Positions 1-12,134 of a stretch of DNA of 64,000 nt are shown here, in pieces. Both the position numbers and the translations under genes were made by a program. The notes under the pieces were generated by a model. That model saw only the letters and a program-made list of their open reading frames with translations, did no database searches and was not told where the DNA came from. Within the stretch, counting starts at the first letter, position 1. Every line of letters begins with the position of its first letter. Origin of the DNA: Owenia fusiformis (Eukaryota); contig CAIIXF020000001.1 in NCBI GenBank assembly GCA_903813345.2, forward strand, positions 29,512,001 through 29,576,000, in the 5' to 3' direction.

Positions 1-432
1 GATGACTATACATGTTATAGAGGCCTAATTATACCTGTTGAGGCTATACCTGTTGATGATGACTATACATGTTATAGAGGCCTAATTATACCTGTTGAGG
101 CTATACCTGTTGATGATGACTATACATGTTATAGAGGCCTAATTATACCTGTTGAGGCTATACCTGTTGATGATGACTTTACATGTTATAGAGGCCTAAT
201 TATACCTGTTGAGGCTATACCTGTTGATGATGACTATACATGTTATAGAGGCCTAATTATACCTGTTGAGGCTATACCTGTTGATGATGACTATACATGT
301 TATAGAGGCCTAATTATACCTGTTGAGGCTATACCTGTTGATGATGACTATACATGTTATAGAGGCCTAATTATACCTGTTGAGGCTATACCTGTTGATG
401 ATGACTTTACATGTTATAGAGGCCTAATTATA
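1..432. repeat. 57-bp minisatellite, ~7.6 copies visible, truncated by window start
   Basis: Unit GATGACTATACATGTTATAGAGGCCTAATTATACCTGTTGAGGCTATACCTGTTGAT starts at 1, 58, 115, 172, 229, 286, 343 and 400. Copies are near-identical. Confidence 0.97.
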
Positions 433-1051
433 AAACAAATATTGGAACACCGTCGGAGCTTTGATAAAGACTATGATTTTTGATGAACTGGGTGGCATGC
501 ATATTTATATATCTTATCTAATTTACCATAGGATTCGTCCAGAGTCTTGTGAGCCTGATTTTTCCACCTTTGTAACAGAATATCCGCAGCTTTTTTTCAC
601 CATTTCCAGATTCCTTTCTTTGAAAATTTCTAGGCATGTTACACACTGCAATGAACAGATACATGTTTTTTGATTCATTGTACAACCTAGTGGCAATGCA
701 ATAGGTCTGGACATCATGTAGGGAAAATTGTGATTCAGTAAAAGAACAATCCTATCCTCGTTACATACATCACTTCCACACAAATCGCTTTGAAAAATGC
801 AAATCTGAGTCTTATGTATTTTGTTTGAATGTATTGTAGATGTTCTGTCACTATTACATGGAAAAACTCTCTTCATTTCACCATGAAAGCCCATGATTTC
901 ACAGTCTACCTAACGGTCAGCTGTGTTCAGTAAGACCTCCACAAGGTTTACACGTAGATCTTAGGTGACCATCAAACAAACAAAGATTTAGATTTACAAC
1001 GTATAGCATGTGCAGTTCCATGATTGAGCTTTATGTGACAAATTAAATTGG

Positions 1052-2275
1052 TAGAGTCCATTTCACTGTTTGACTGCGTCAGTAAAAGCTAAAAAATAAG
1101 AAATCAAAATATCATTTTGTTATAATATATGGAAAAATATATTCCTATTGTACATGAATGACATTTGTATATCTTGGATTGCTTCTACTATTTTTTTCAT
1201 GGCCTGAGTTTGTCGCTAACATGCTAAATATAAGAGTTAGCTGACGTTTGGGAGTCTGACTTACCTTCTAAAGGTTAGAACCCGAATCTTAATGAAACCA
1301 TATCACCTTTGTTGCGTCATTGATGATGCATAACACAGCATTTGATAGAAATTAGTGTAAATGCTTTTCCGACTTTTTCATTTTTCATTAATGTTGACTT
1401 CCGGGAAGGCATTGTAGTTATCACGAAATAACGCATTGACCCTTGAACTTTACTTTGTTGACGTGTCAACCAAGCATGTCTGGTGTGAAAATTAAAAGAA
1501 TATTAAGCAATGTTCTACATCCGCCAAGCTAAGTGAAGTAGCCAATATTTAAAATTACCAATTTCAAGTGAAGTACGCAACGAACAAAAACTGCGTGATC
1601 TGCACTCCCACTATTGGTCTGAACGAAATGCTTCGTAGAAATATGAGCCGTCTGCTGTATTAGTCGATTAATAGAGTAAGACCTGTTGGTGATGCTTTAT
1701 AATTTAGACCAAAACATTGGAGAACAAACGAACCTGTAAATCGTGAAAACAACGAACAAATATTCGGTTTTCACATATGTTCGGTAATTTTTCGTATTGA
1801 AACTTCCGGAACTTACAAGGAAATCATTCATTTTCACGGTCCATGATTTACCTCTTGGATGTTGTGGCAAATGCTCCATGGTTGACGGAACAAAGGTGAT
1901 ATGGTTTCATTAAGATTCGGGTTCTAACCTTTAGAAGGTAAGTCAGACTCCCAAACGTCAGCTAACTCTTATATTTAGCATGTAAGCGACGAACTCAGGC
2001 CATGAAAAAATAGTAGTTTGGCTTATAGAGTGTGTGGCCTCTTATATTTGGATACTTCTCTGCCATGTTATTTTCAATAAGATTAACATGGCTGAAATTC
2101 TTCAAATTACAAGTCGGCACAGGCTTATTGCACAAAAAAACTAAAAAATCTGAAAAATACAAATGTCATCCATGTACATTATGAATATGCTTTTCCATAT
2201 ATTATTGCACAATGGTCTCCCAATTTCTTATTTTTGCCGTTCTACTGACGCAATGAGGCAGTGAAATGGACTCTA
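1052..2275. mobile_element. Non-autonomous foldback/MITE-like element with long imperfect inverted repeats
   Basis: Termini TAGAGTCCATTTCACTG (1052) and CAGTGAAATGGACTCTA (2275). The inner arm ~1198-1313 is a near-perfect reverse complement of ~1889-2003. No ORF and no clear TSD. Confidence 0.8.
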
Positions 2276-2715
2276 ATTCAATTTCAAAATATTTATCAAG
2301 AAATTCATGGGCGATAATAGGGTATATTAATTGAAAAATACCGGTTTCGTCAACAATAGTGACATCATTTCCAATATGTACCTAAAATATTGCCGGTGGT
2401 CTGAAACTCCTTTGATTCAACACACTCTTCAACATTTTCTGCAGTTATCTGTGATATAAATATCATTAAAAACAAAATATTTAAAAAAAATTCCATTTTC
2501 AAATTTTTTACGATAGTCTCAACGTTCAAAATATAAGATTTACATTGTGTAAAAACCCTAATGCCAATTCAATTTTATTTTTGTACACAAACGTATAAAA
2601 TTATTTATTTGCAGAGTCTGAGGTATTAATATTCAGAGTTGTTTGTGTAACTTTTCTAAATTTCTTGGAGATTTGAGACTAAAGTGGCCAAGTAAAAAAG
2701 AAGAGAAAGATAAGG

Positions 2716-5700
2716 ATGGTAAGTCATTATATATTCACTGTTTTTGTCTCTTTACACTTCATGATTTAACTAAATAGTTATCTGTCAAATATATGAAGGT
2801 ATAAAGCACTTCAGGAACAAGTTTTATGATCAAATTGTAAATTAAAGGCCATAAATTGTGTTGATAGAACATTGGGCCTACTTGAACTTTGACAGTCCTA
2901 ATTTTTGTGTTATTTTTTTGTCTAGAAAACTATGTGGTTAGTAAAACATTTATATGTCTCTGCTATAATAATAGGATGAGGAAAATTTTCTTCCTACATT
3001 TCATTGCTTCATAGGTAACCTCAGTTGTCAGTTCTTCAGTCTCAATTTTTACTTGGTTTGATGATGGTGATTTTCTGTACTGTACACTGACAGCTACACA
3101 TCATCCCAAAAAGTGTTGGTGAAGTGCAGTAGATAGGTAGGGGGGAGGGGGGTTCACGGTCTTGAAGCAATTATTGTGTTGTAGAGTCACGGTTTCTCTT
3201 GTAGATGCTGCTTTAATTTCAGGTTCTTGTTATTATTGGGTCACATCCTCTGGAATCAAGTACAATCAAGTAACTTTTCAACCTGTCCTTTCTTTTCTCA
3301 TTCCTTTCATCCATCCATCAACAATTTTCAGACAGATGATAACTATCATTAATTCAGACTTGTACTTATATCGATTTTATGGGGGTCCTTACTGGTAATT
3401 TACACTCCTTTTCCCAGCTCTTACTTTTTGAATCTCAACCCATGATGTAATCCAAAGGATCCTGCAAAAATTTAAAGATTTATAGTAAAAGCATAAGCAT
3501 TTCTTTCAGAATTCCAAGGAAGCTGTACTATCTGCTGCCCGTCAGTTTCTTGGCTTTGTGAACAGGTCACCTTCTCCATATCATGGTACGTTTGCATGTA
3601 GATTACGACACACACACAATTACATGTATGCCATATGTGATGTAAGATTTTCTTATATATACAGCTTAGATTCTGTGATGTTCTAGTGCCCTGAAGAACA
3701 GAGGCCTAGTAGTAATTTTTCTTGAAAAGAATAGTTCTAGCAGTAAACTAATCAGAAGAATAATCAGAAGTGTTGCATGTTTAAATGTACTAGCACCATT
3801 GTGAAGGTAATGTTAATGCGTCGACCATGTTAAGGTATGACTTGAATCAAGTACACTCTTTGCTGTGCAGCCCAATCTGGAATTTTCCATGATGTGCTCT
3901 CAGTTTATTGATAGTTGATAAATGGCCAATATAACCAGTGTATATGCTCATAAAGCTGGCGGATCTGCCCCCCCCCTTGGAGAAAGAGTCGAAGGCATGC
4001 GAGGCGAATCCTGGAAACCCGGGTTTGGGAAAGCAGGGTTCACTGTACGACAGTGAACAGGAGGTTTACAGTCAGACCCGGGTGCGCCATCCCTTATTTA
4101 AACATTGGTTTCGCAGACCAGTGTTTAATGCCATTCCAAACAAAATAAGTATTTAATGAGGCCACGAAATATAGAAGTTTGTTTTATTAGAATTTCATAC
4201 GTGTTATTTTGTATCTACCAAGACGTTAAACATATTGGAAATAGTTACGTATTTTGACTGGTCTAAAATGTGCAAAGCTAGAAGACCCCTTATACTTCGT
4301 TCGTTCTCTATTTTGACTAAGATAATATATCAGTACAATGGCTACTAAAACAAGGAAAATTGGCCAGTAGAGATGAGGAACTTGAAACAAATTAATTTTT
4401 ATTCATATATATGAATACTATTTGATTTAAATACAATTCCACGCTATTACCATCCTCCAGTGTTGCAATTTCTATTGTGTCTGTCTGGGATAAAATCTTA
4501 CATATTACAATTGATAACGAGGAACCCTTCAAATAAAAACAATTAAATCACACGAACGATCACACGAAAATAACACGAACGAGTCTAATTATGAACTGTT
4601 CACATTTTTGCAAAGGCGGATTTGGATATCGGCAAACCCGGGTTTTGAGGGCGCGACTTATGGCAACGAGTACTTCTGCCCCCTTGGGTGGGCCAAGAAA
4701 AAAAATAGGGTTCAAAAACAATTTTGAGCCAAAAGAGGCCTTAAGGCACCAAAAGGTGGGCCTTTTGGTCACCCACCTTTTGGTCATTACTGGGTCTTCT
4801 AAGGCCTTATTTTTAGGACCAATTTTTGAGAGAATGGGCCGCAAAATTTTTGGTTTGAGGTGCCCAAAATTTTTTTACAGGGAATTTTTTTTCTCTGGCT
4901 TGAAATTTAGCCCCCCCCCACCCTTGTTGGTTCCCAGATCCGCCCCTGCATTATATTTATACTATTTTGTCCTGTTTGTTGTTTGACATGTTTTTTCACT
5001 TGTAGCTGTTGAGGAATGTCGCACTAGGTTGCTGGCTGCTGGCTTTACTGAGCTGAGAGAGGTGGACAAGTGGGAAATTAAACCATCCAACAAGGTTAGA
5101 AAAATAATGAATAATGCAGTTTATGATTAAACAGTATCGTAATTTGCTTTAATTTGGTGGATTGGTCAAATTTTGAAATTTTGGCTGCGATTTAATTATG
5201 CAGATTCACCCATCTGTAAAATATGGATATTGGCTAGCTACTCTTGGAAGTCATGTGGTCAGGTTACTCTTAGGTGGCACAGGGAGATTTTACCTTCATG
5301 TGTGGGCTAAAATGTTATAAAATGGGCCTACAATAAAAAATATTGAAAGAATTCTCAAAAATTGGTGGAGACTTAATTTGGTGTTTTTTATCAATCTGCA
5401 AAATCCGCCGTATCAAAATGGCCTTCAAATTAAGGCAATTCAGTATACAGATTGGTGGGGCCATTATCATTTTGGATTTGTTATTAAAAATGCTCTACAC
5501 AGTCATGAGAATCCAAAACCTGTATGGTTTAAAAGTGTGTAAGATTGTGTGGAAGATTGTTTAAGAAAAACTTGTGTGACAATAATGCCGAGGATAAAAC
5601 GTTTGAAAACTTTATGGTGTATTATATTTCAGTATTTTGTAACCAGAAACAAGTCAACCATCATAGCATTTGCAGTAGGAGGACGTTATGTTCCTGGTAA

Positions 5701-8700
5701 TGGCTTCACTATAACTGGAGCTCACACAGACAGTCCATGTTTGAAGGTAATCATGATTTATAGCATACAGCAAAATACATAATGTTTAATAGTGTGCTCA
5801 ATAAGCCAACATGGAGTGCAGCATTTGTGAATCGCAAAATCTTTAAATTTTCAGTCTTCATTTAGTTGTCAATTTTGGCCATTCCATCTGCCCACACGTT
5901 TTTTGGCTTAGTATTTTAGGTGAAGCCAGTGTCTAAAAAGATTGCCCATGGCTATGTGCAGCTAGGAGTATCAACCTATGGTGGCGGAATATGGCATTCA
6001 TGGTTTGATAGAGATCTCACCATTGCAGGCAGGGTAGTTGTAAAGGTACACTCATTTTTGAATGATCTTTATATTTAGCCATAATAGTTCATTGCAGTGA
6101 GAAATTATTTCATGGTTTGCAGTACAGTACAAGAAATCATCTAACAATCTAAAAGTTGGGTATTTAAGTCTATATTATGTTTGTTTTCAATAAATAAATT
6201 GATAACTTGAAACCATGTGATTTAAGGTCAGGGACTGATTTGTTTCGAAATATCCTACAGTCCACCTGATAAATTAGCGTGCAATTTTTTTCAAAGGAAT
6301 TTTATTTATTTTATTTATTCAAATGAACTTTATTGTTGCCTAGTGATCTCCCTAGCAACTGGGTGCTGCAGCCAGTTCAGTATGTAACAAACATTTTTCA
6401 ATTTCAAACCAGTTCAGATTTTGGAAAGCATGAAAATTTCCTAATCACTACTGTATACCATCGTCAGTTCCCACACTCAATCACTACGTTCTATCTATGA
6501 GGATAGGTCCGAAGCTTGATGAAGCAAGATGACTGTATACAAGTACGTAAGGTAAGAATGTTGCTCAATTTTACACAAAATCATTCATGGTTAGAACACT
6601 ATAGTTGTATGTAATGTGGTTAACTTTTTCACTTTCAGAATGGCAGCAAGCTTGAGCACAAGTTGATCCATGTTGACAGGCCTATACTGAGGGTGCCTAA
6701 CATCTGTATACATCTTCAGAGGGACATGAATGATCAGTTTGTCTTCAACAATGAGACACAATTGTAAGTTAATTAGAACATCTTAGAGTACATATATTCA
6801 TTCAGTCAGTCTGGTCAATAATAACTTCATGTTAAGTCATCTTAACATAAAACATGAGAATAACTGAGTTTGATACAATTTACATTTTTATCCACTAGTG
6901 GATGTAAATTGTACTATTGGGCTATTGTACAATTGTGAAAAAAGCAGATTTCCTCAAAATGAAGCAGTATAAGAGCCAGGACGAATGGTCTTAATTACCA
7001 GCATTGACCCCATAAAATGGATATAATCATTGGTTCAGGTGATCGGTAGTTTCCATCCAGGCCCGTAGCCAGAATTTTTCAAGGGGGGGGTTCACTTTTC
7101 CCCAAAATTCTAGGGGGGGTTCACTTTGGCTTATTTGGCCAAAAATCACACAAAAAATGGTCAGAATGGTGAAAAACTGCATGATTTTGAAAGAAATTTT
7201 GGCCAGGGGGGGGGTCGCCCAAACCCCCCGAACCCCCCCTGGCTACGGGCCTGCCATCTGTCCAAAAAATTGTTGACAGGTACACTGAAGGACATATGGT
7301 CAGACTCACCTATCGTGTGAGCCATAAACCATATAGCATATCCATCAAAAATAATTGAATATTCTCATTGATCATTTAAGACATTTATACAATAGTTCTT
7401 TATATCTAGGATGCCTCTACCTTCATCAAGACTGCATTTACACTATAGTTAACAAGTCACAACATGTACATGTTTGCATTTCAGAGCCCCTGTTCTTGCC
7501 ACATGTGTGCAACAGGAACTCCAAGGTCCGGCAAACCAGGATGAAAACAAGAAGGTAAATCTGATCCAGAAAATAAGATTACGGAAACAGTTTTGATCAA
7601 GGCAGCAAAGTCATCATTCTATTCCAGACTGATTTGATATTCCAATGTACTAACCTCCACCAGAAGGCCAATTCGCCTGACATAGCCTTGATTCCAAAAT
7701 GCTGATCTTGATTCCCCTCACAGGCATTTCCATAATTATGCTGACTCTTTTGCAGGAGAAACACCATCCAATTATTACAAAAATAATATGTGATGAGCTA
7801 GAAGTGAAACCAGATCAGATCATGGACTTCGAGTTGATGCTTGCTGACACCCAGCCTGCTGTAAGTGAACTTAAACTAGGAATACTTTTTATTTTCTCAA
7901 AACTTTCTTCTGTGTTATCAACTTCAACGACCAGTTCTCTCTGTTATTTGTGCTCATGAGGACCAATTAAGCAAAAAATGTGAATTTCAATGGTCTCGTG
8001 GAAGTAGGCGACAAAATAATTAAAACAGCTCATATCCAAACATGCCAAAGTCATTGATCAATATTTTTGATACCACAATATTTGTTTGCAGTTTGCTGTT
8101 TACCTCATGTGTTGTTCCCCAGTATTAGACTATTTTTTCAACACATACTGTATTATACTTATTATATGCTTGCTGAAAATATCACTTGTCCAAGATCGAA
8201 ACTAACGGCCAATGATAATGTGGCACGCTATTGTGACAATATTGTTTGTTTCAGACAATAGGTGGTGCTCTGGAGGAGTTCATATTTTCCCCACGGTTGG
8301 ACAATTTACTGAATTGTTATTGTGCTTTGGAGGTAATTATGTTGCAATATTTGCGGTTGGATTGGTTTACTTCCAAATATTACATAAAAAGTAAGAAATA
8401 GTCAGAACTGTAGGCATATTGTTCAATTATAACATTTTTTTAAATTGTGTTAATTGTTTCTAGTATCTTGTATCTTTCCCTTTTGATGCTTTAGAAATGT
8501 ACTTATTGCATTTCAAAGACTGTGATTAATGTTAGGATTGTACTGGATTGATTTTTTCAGGGCCTTGTAAACTCTTGTGAAGGAGATACTTTAAATGAGG
8601 ACCCAAACATCAGGATGATCAGTCTCTTTGATAATGAAGAGGTACATGTCTGAATTAGTCTGTTCTAAGTCTGTTCAAAAATATTTCAACTATAATTAAA

Positions 8701-10506
8701 CTTAATAAGTTTTCACATACATTGTACAGTAGTTATAACTTCTAATGTAAACTTAAACTCACTGATGTCACTGAATATTATTTTGAGATTTTTAATTCTA
8801 GATTTTATTTCGCTACATGTATATTTTAATATTCACTGTAGGTTGGATCATCCAGTGCTCAGGGAGCTGCCTCCATGCTACAGGAGCATGTACTTAGGAG
8901 GCTCAGCTCAGGGGGAGGTCCCACAGCCTTTGAGGAGGCAATCCCCAAGTCTTACATGCTCAGTGCTGACCAGGCACATGCCATTCACCCCAACTACAGG
9001 TATATCATTAACATGAAAGTCATCAAGCCCTTCTTGCCCATACACTATTGTATTTTCTTCAATATGTGAAAGAAGAGGACAGTTTGTATAAACTACATGT
9101 GAAAATATATTTCAGGCCCATAGTCAGTTTTTGTCAAGGGGGGTTCACTTTTCAAAAAAATTCCAGTGCACATTTGACCATTTTGGCCACATGAAATCAC
9201 ATGAAAAGTACTCGGAATAGTGACAAAATGCATGATATTGAAACAATTTTTGGCCAGTGGGTTGAACCCCCTTAGCTATGGGCCTAATATTTACTCTTAG
9301 TAAGTAGTCTAGATCATTTCATTGGAATTGCTCCAGGGATCTGTCATTTTTTCAATAACATGTTCTCAACATGTATACCTGTCTTCTCACAAGTTTTGCA
9401 CATTTGACAAGTTTTCACATCCCTATTTTGCTGACAGTTAGCATGCCATTTACCTTCTAGCATTGTCTAGACTGTACTGTTTTCCAGTGAGAAACATGAG
9501 ATGCAACATCGTCCAGGTCTGCATGAAGGTATCGTCATTAAGATCAATGCTAACCAGCGCTATGCCAGCACTGCTATCACACAATCCATCCTCCGTGAAA
9601 TAGCCACCAGAGTTAATGTACCCCTCCAGGTATGACATTAAATAGTTTATCTTTGATTAAGGTTCCAGCCTTTGGTATGCCCAAGGTCTAAATTGTTTAT
9701 ATCTCATTTGGAAAACATACCAATTGAATTAAATGACTTATTTCTAGTTTGGGAGATTCACCATGTTATAAAATCACAAAAAGTGAAATATCTTTTCTTG
9801 CATTGGACAAATAACATTTTCTCTTACTGGACATGTTTTAATTTGCAAACCTATTAGATACATAGGGGTGATATGAAAATTGAACAGATGAATATTTAAG
9901 TTGAAGGGTACTTTCTTCTATACCTGCCATGCTATCAGACCCGAACGAGCCACCTGGTGGTGAAACTGGTAACTACCTACTAGCATCAGTTTAATTACAT
10001 CTTTCAACTTGTAGGATTTTGTTGTGAGGAATGACTCCGCGTGTGGAAGTACTATTGGACCAATAATGTCTGCTAAGCTAGGTATGCCCACTGTAGATAT
10101 TGGGGCTCCCCAGCTAAGCATGCACTCAATACGTGAAATGTGCTGCACATCGAGTGTCCTACAATCAGTACAGCTTTATAAGGTATGGTGGCTCTTTCAT
10201 AATATGTTAAAAACTGCTGTTTCTAAAAGGACCAAAAAGCATCAAACAATTCATACACTGTAACCTGGGGTAATTTGACCACTTTTTCAAAGGAAATCTG
10301 AAAATTTGCTTCTTTATATAGTTTAGCGTAACAGTTTTTCTCCAGATTTTCCATTTATTGCATTTCAGAAGGTCTATAGTCTGATAGTTCAGCAAATAAT
10401 GTTGCAATTTTAATTTCTAAAAACCAGTTTGATAAAATATGAATGGTATGTTTTCCAGGGTTTTTTCGAACTTTATCCAGAGGTGTTCGCTTCCTGTGAC
10501 TTCTAA
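2716..10506 (+). CDS. DNPEP: Aspartyl aminopeptidase (peptidase M18), ~460 aa, 14 coding exons
   Basis: Exons 2716-2718 (ATG|gtaagt), 3510-3585, 5006-5094, 5633-5746, 5920-6045, 6639-6763, 7485-7554, 7756-7860, 8255-8332, 8561-8641, 8842-8999, 9488-9629, 10015-10182, 10459-10506. All introns are GT-AG and phases are consistent (1383 nt). Motifs [64 protein letters not shown] and LSMHSIRE are typical of M18/DNPEP. The ATG-only first exon is the least certain part. Confidence 0.95.
3955..4949. mobile_element. GC-rich-ended MITE(s) in DNPEP intron 2
   Basis: GGCGGATCTG near 3957 and CAGATCCGCCCCTG ending at 4949 form inverted termini. Poly-C tracts and a GC-rich interior contrast with the AT-rich intron. 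It may be composite. Confidence 0.55.
7058..7253. mobile_element. Short MITE with CAGGCCCGTAGCCAG TIRs and 5-bp TSD
   Basis: TIRs CAGGCCCGTAGCCAG / CTGGCTACGGGCCTG, flanked by CCATC on both sides (7053-7057, 7254-7258). Related copies lie at ~9113-9286, 43228-43395 and ~45780-45955. Confidence 0.8.
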
Positions 10507-12134
10507 GCAACTTTGTGATTTCTAAGCAACTGTATGGCTTCTGAACAAATTCCAAGTTCTCTGTGTTCCAATCTGTGGAAAAGTTAATTCCATCCACAAT
10601 TACAACAATGATTCACTTATCACAGACAATATTACAACAAAACAATTGCAATTCATGATTTGATCTTAGAATAGCAGCTGGACTAGCCATATTGTATTGT
10701 TTAATCTCTTGGAGGTCTGATTTATGAACATTTTGCCAAATGTTATATTAAAGGTGCAATAATGTATGTATAGCAGGATCTTCTACATGTACTTTTCATA
10801 TTTGGTATTGGCAATACAGGACACTGCCAATCATCAAGTCCCATTAAAATGCACACATACATTGGTATGACAAAATATAACTGTTTGTAATAACTTGTCA
10901 ATTTACTGCATGTTCACTTTATAAGGGAGACACAGCTTATCAATAATGTACTTAGAAACTGAACAGAAAAATTATACTGGCATATTTAAATGCCCTTGTA
11001 GTAATTTTGAAATAAATAAAGAATGGGATAAAATTCCCCTAAACAAAATGTCTTTTTTTTGTGTGTGAAATCAAAAAAATGTACACAAAGGCAAATGGTG
11101 TGATGAGAACATACATAGTGTTATTACAGTATTTGGTTATATCCCTTGTGTGCAGAGAATGTATTTTAGCATGTCCAGTTGAGATTTGAAAGTGGTCAGA
11201 CTTGAAAAATATCCTGCTTTAATGAATGCCTTCTTATGGATGGTGACTATGGGCATTACTGTAACTGTATAACCAAGTGACATTCTCCTTGAAAAGTATG
11301 TTTTTGTATTCTTTCATATCAAGTCACATTCAGATTTTAAGGTTAATGTTTGATTGAGGAAATTAGAGATTCTTTTACTATTTATTTGTAATGAATTTTG
11401 AAGGCCAACAGCATTAAGCCAATAGCCTTTGTTAAATATCAACTGGAAATGTATTATTTGCCCATTTTTATTGGAGAGCTGTGAATTGGAATTAAGATGA
11501 AATGAATATCTAATTGTGTCAATACATATAATATTGACTCAACAATTTATTACTTTTACCTTTTGAATTAACCATTTCAGATTCAAACAGAAAGAAATCA
11601 TAGAGAAACCTTATTAAATAATACCTATTGGAGTGAAATTGAATTTAATCAATCAAATATTACTGAATAAAGCACTTTTTATGACCTTGCAGTTAGCACA
11701 TAATCCTGAATATTTACATGTTGACTTAAACAGTTGTATTGTGTATTTTTAATTTTTGAGTAGGTTGTATAGGGCATTTATTGAATAGTGAGCATGGGGA
11801 CCTTAGAAACTACATGAATGAACCTGACTGTATTGAATTGATCTTACTAGTAATCTATCAGGATAGTTGTCATACAAACAAAACATTTGATTCTTAAACC
11901 GTAGCCTTGCAGCATAAACACTGTGATAAAACAGAATTGAGGATCTTGTTGTTTATTCTACTCAAGAAAAACATTGGATATGAACCAAAAATAACACGAT
12001 CTAGCATTATATTTAACTTTTTGTTGAACTCAAGTTCAATGTTTAATAAAATACTAGTAAGGCATTAGGGTAAGGTCAAAACACAAATACAAACAGGATT
12101 AAAAAAGACATCAAAAATATTAAGCTGTGCAACC

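Noticed and set aside
1-432. Regular repeat as a CRISPR array
   Set aside because: There are no unique spacers (units are contiguous and identical), the context is eukaryotic and no cas genes are present.
523-894. 123-aa minus-strand Cys-rich ORF
   Set aside because: No recognisable domain or convincing splice partners. It could be a decayed fragment but cannot be supported.
4560-4986. Overlapping 94-aa and 131-aa ORFs in DNPEP intron 2
   Set aside because: They fall within GC-richer MITE sequence and show no domain features.
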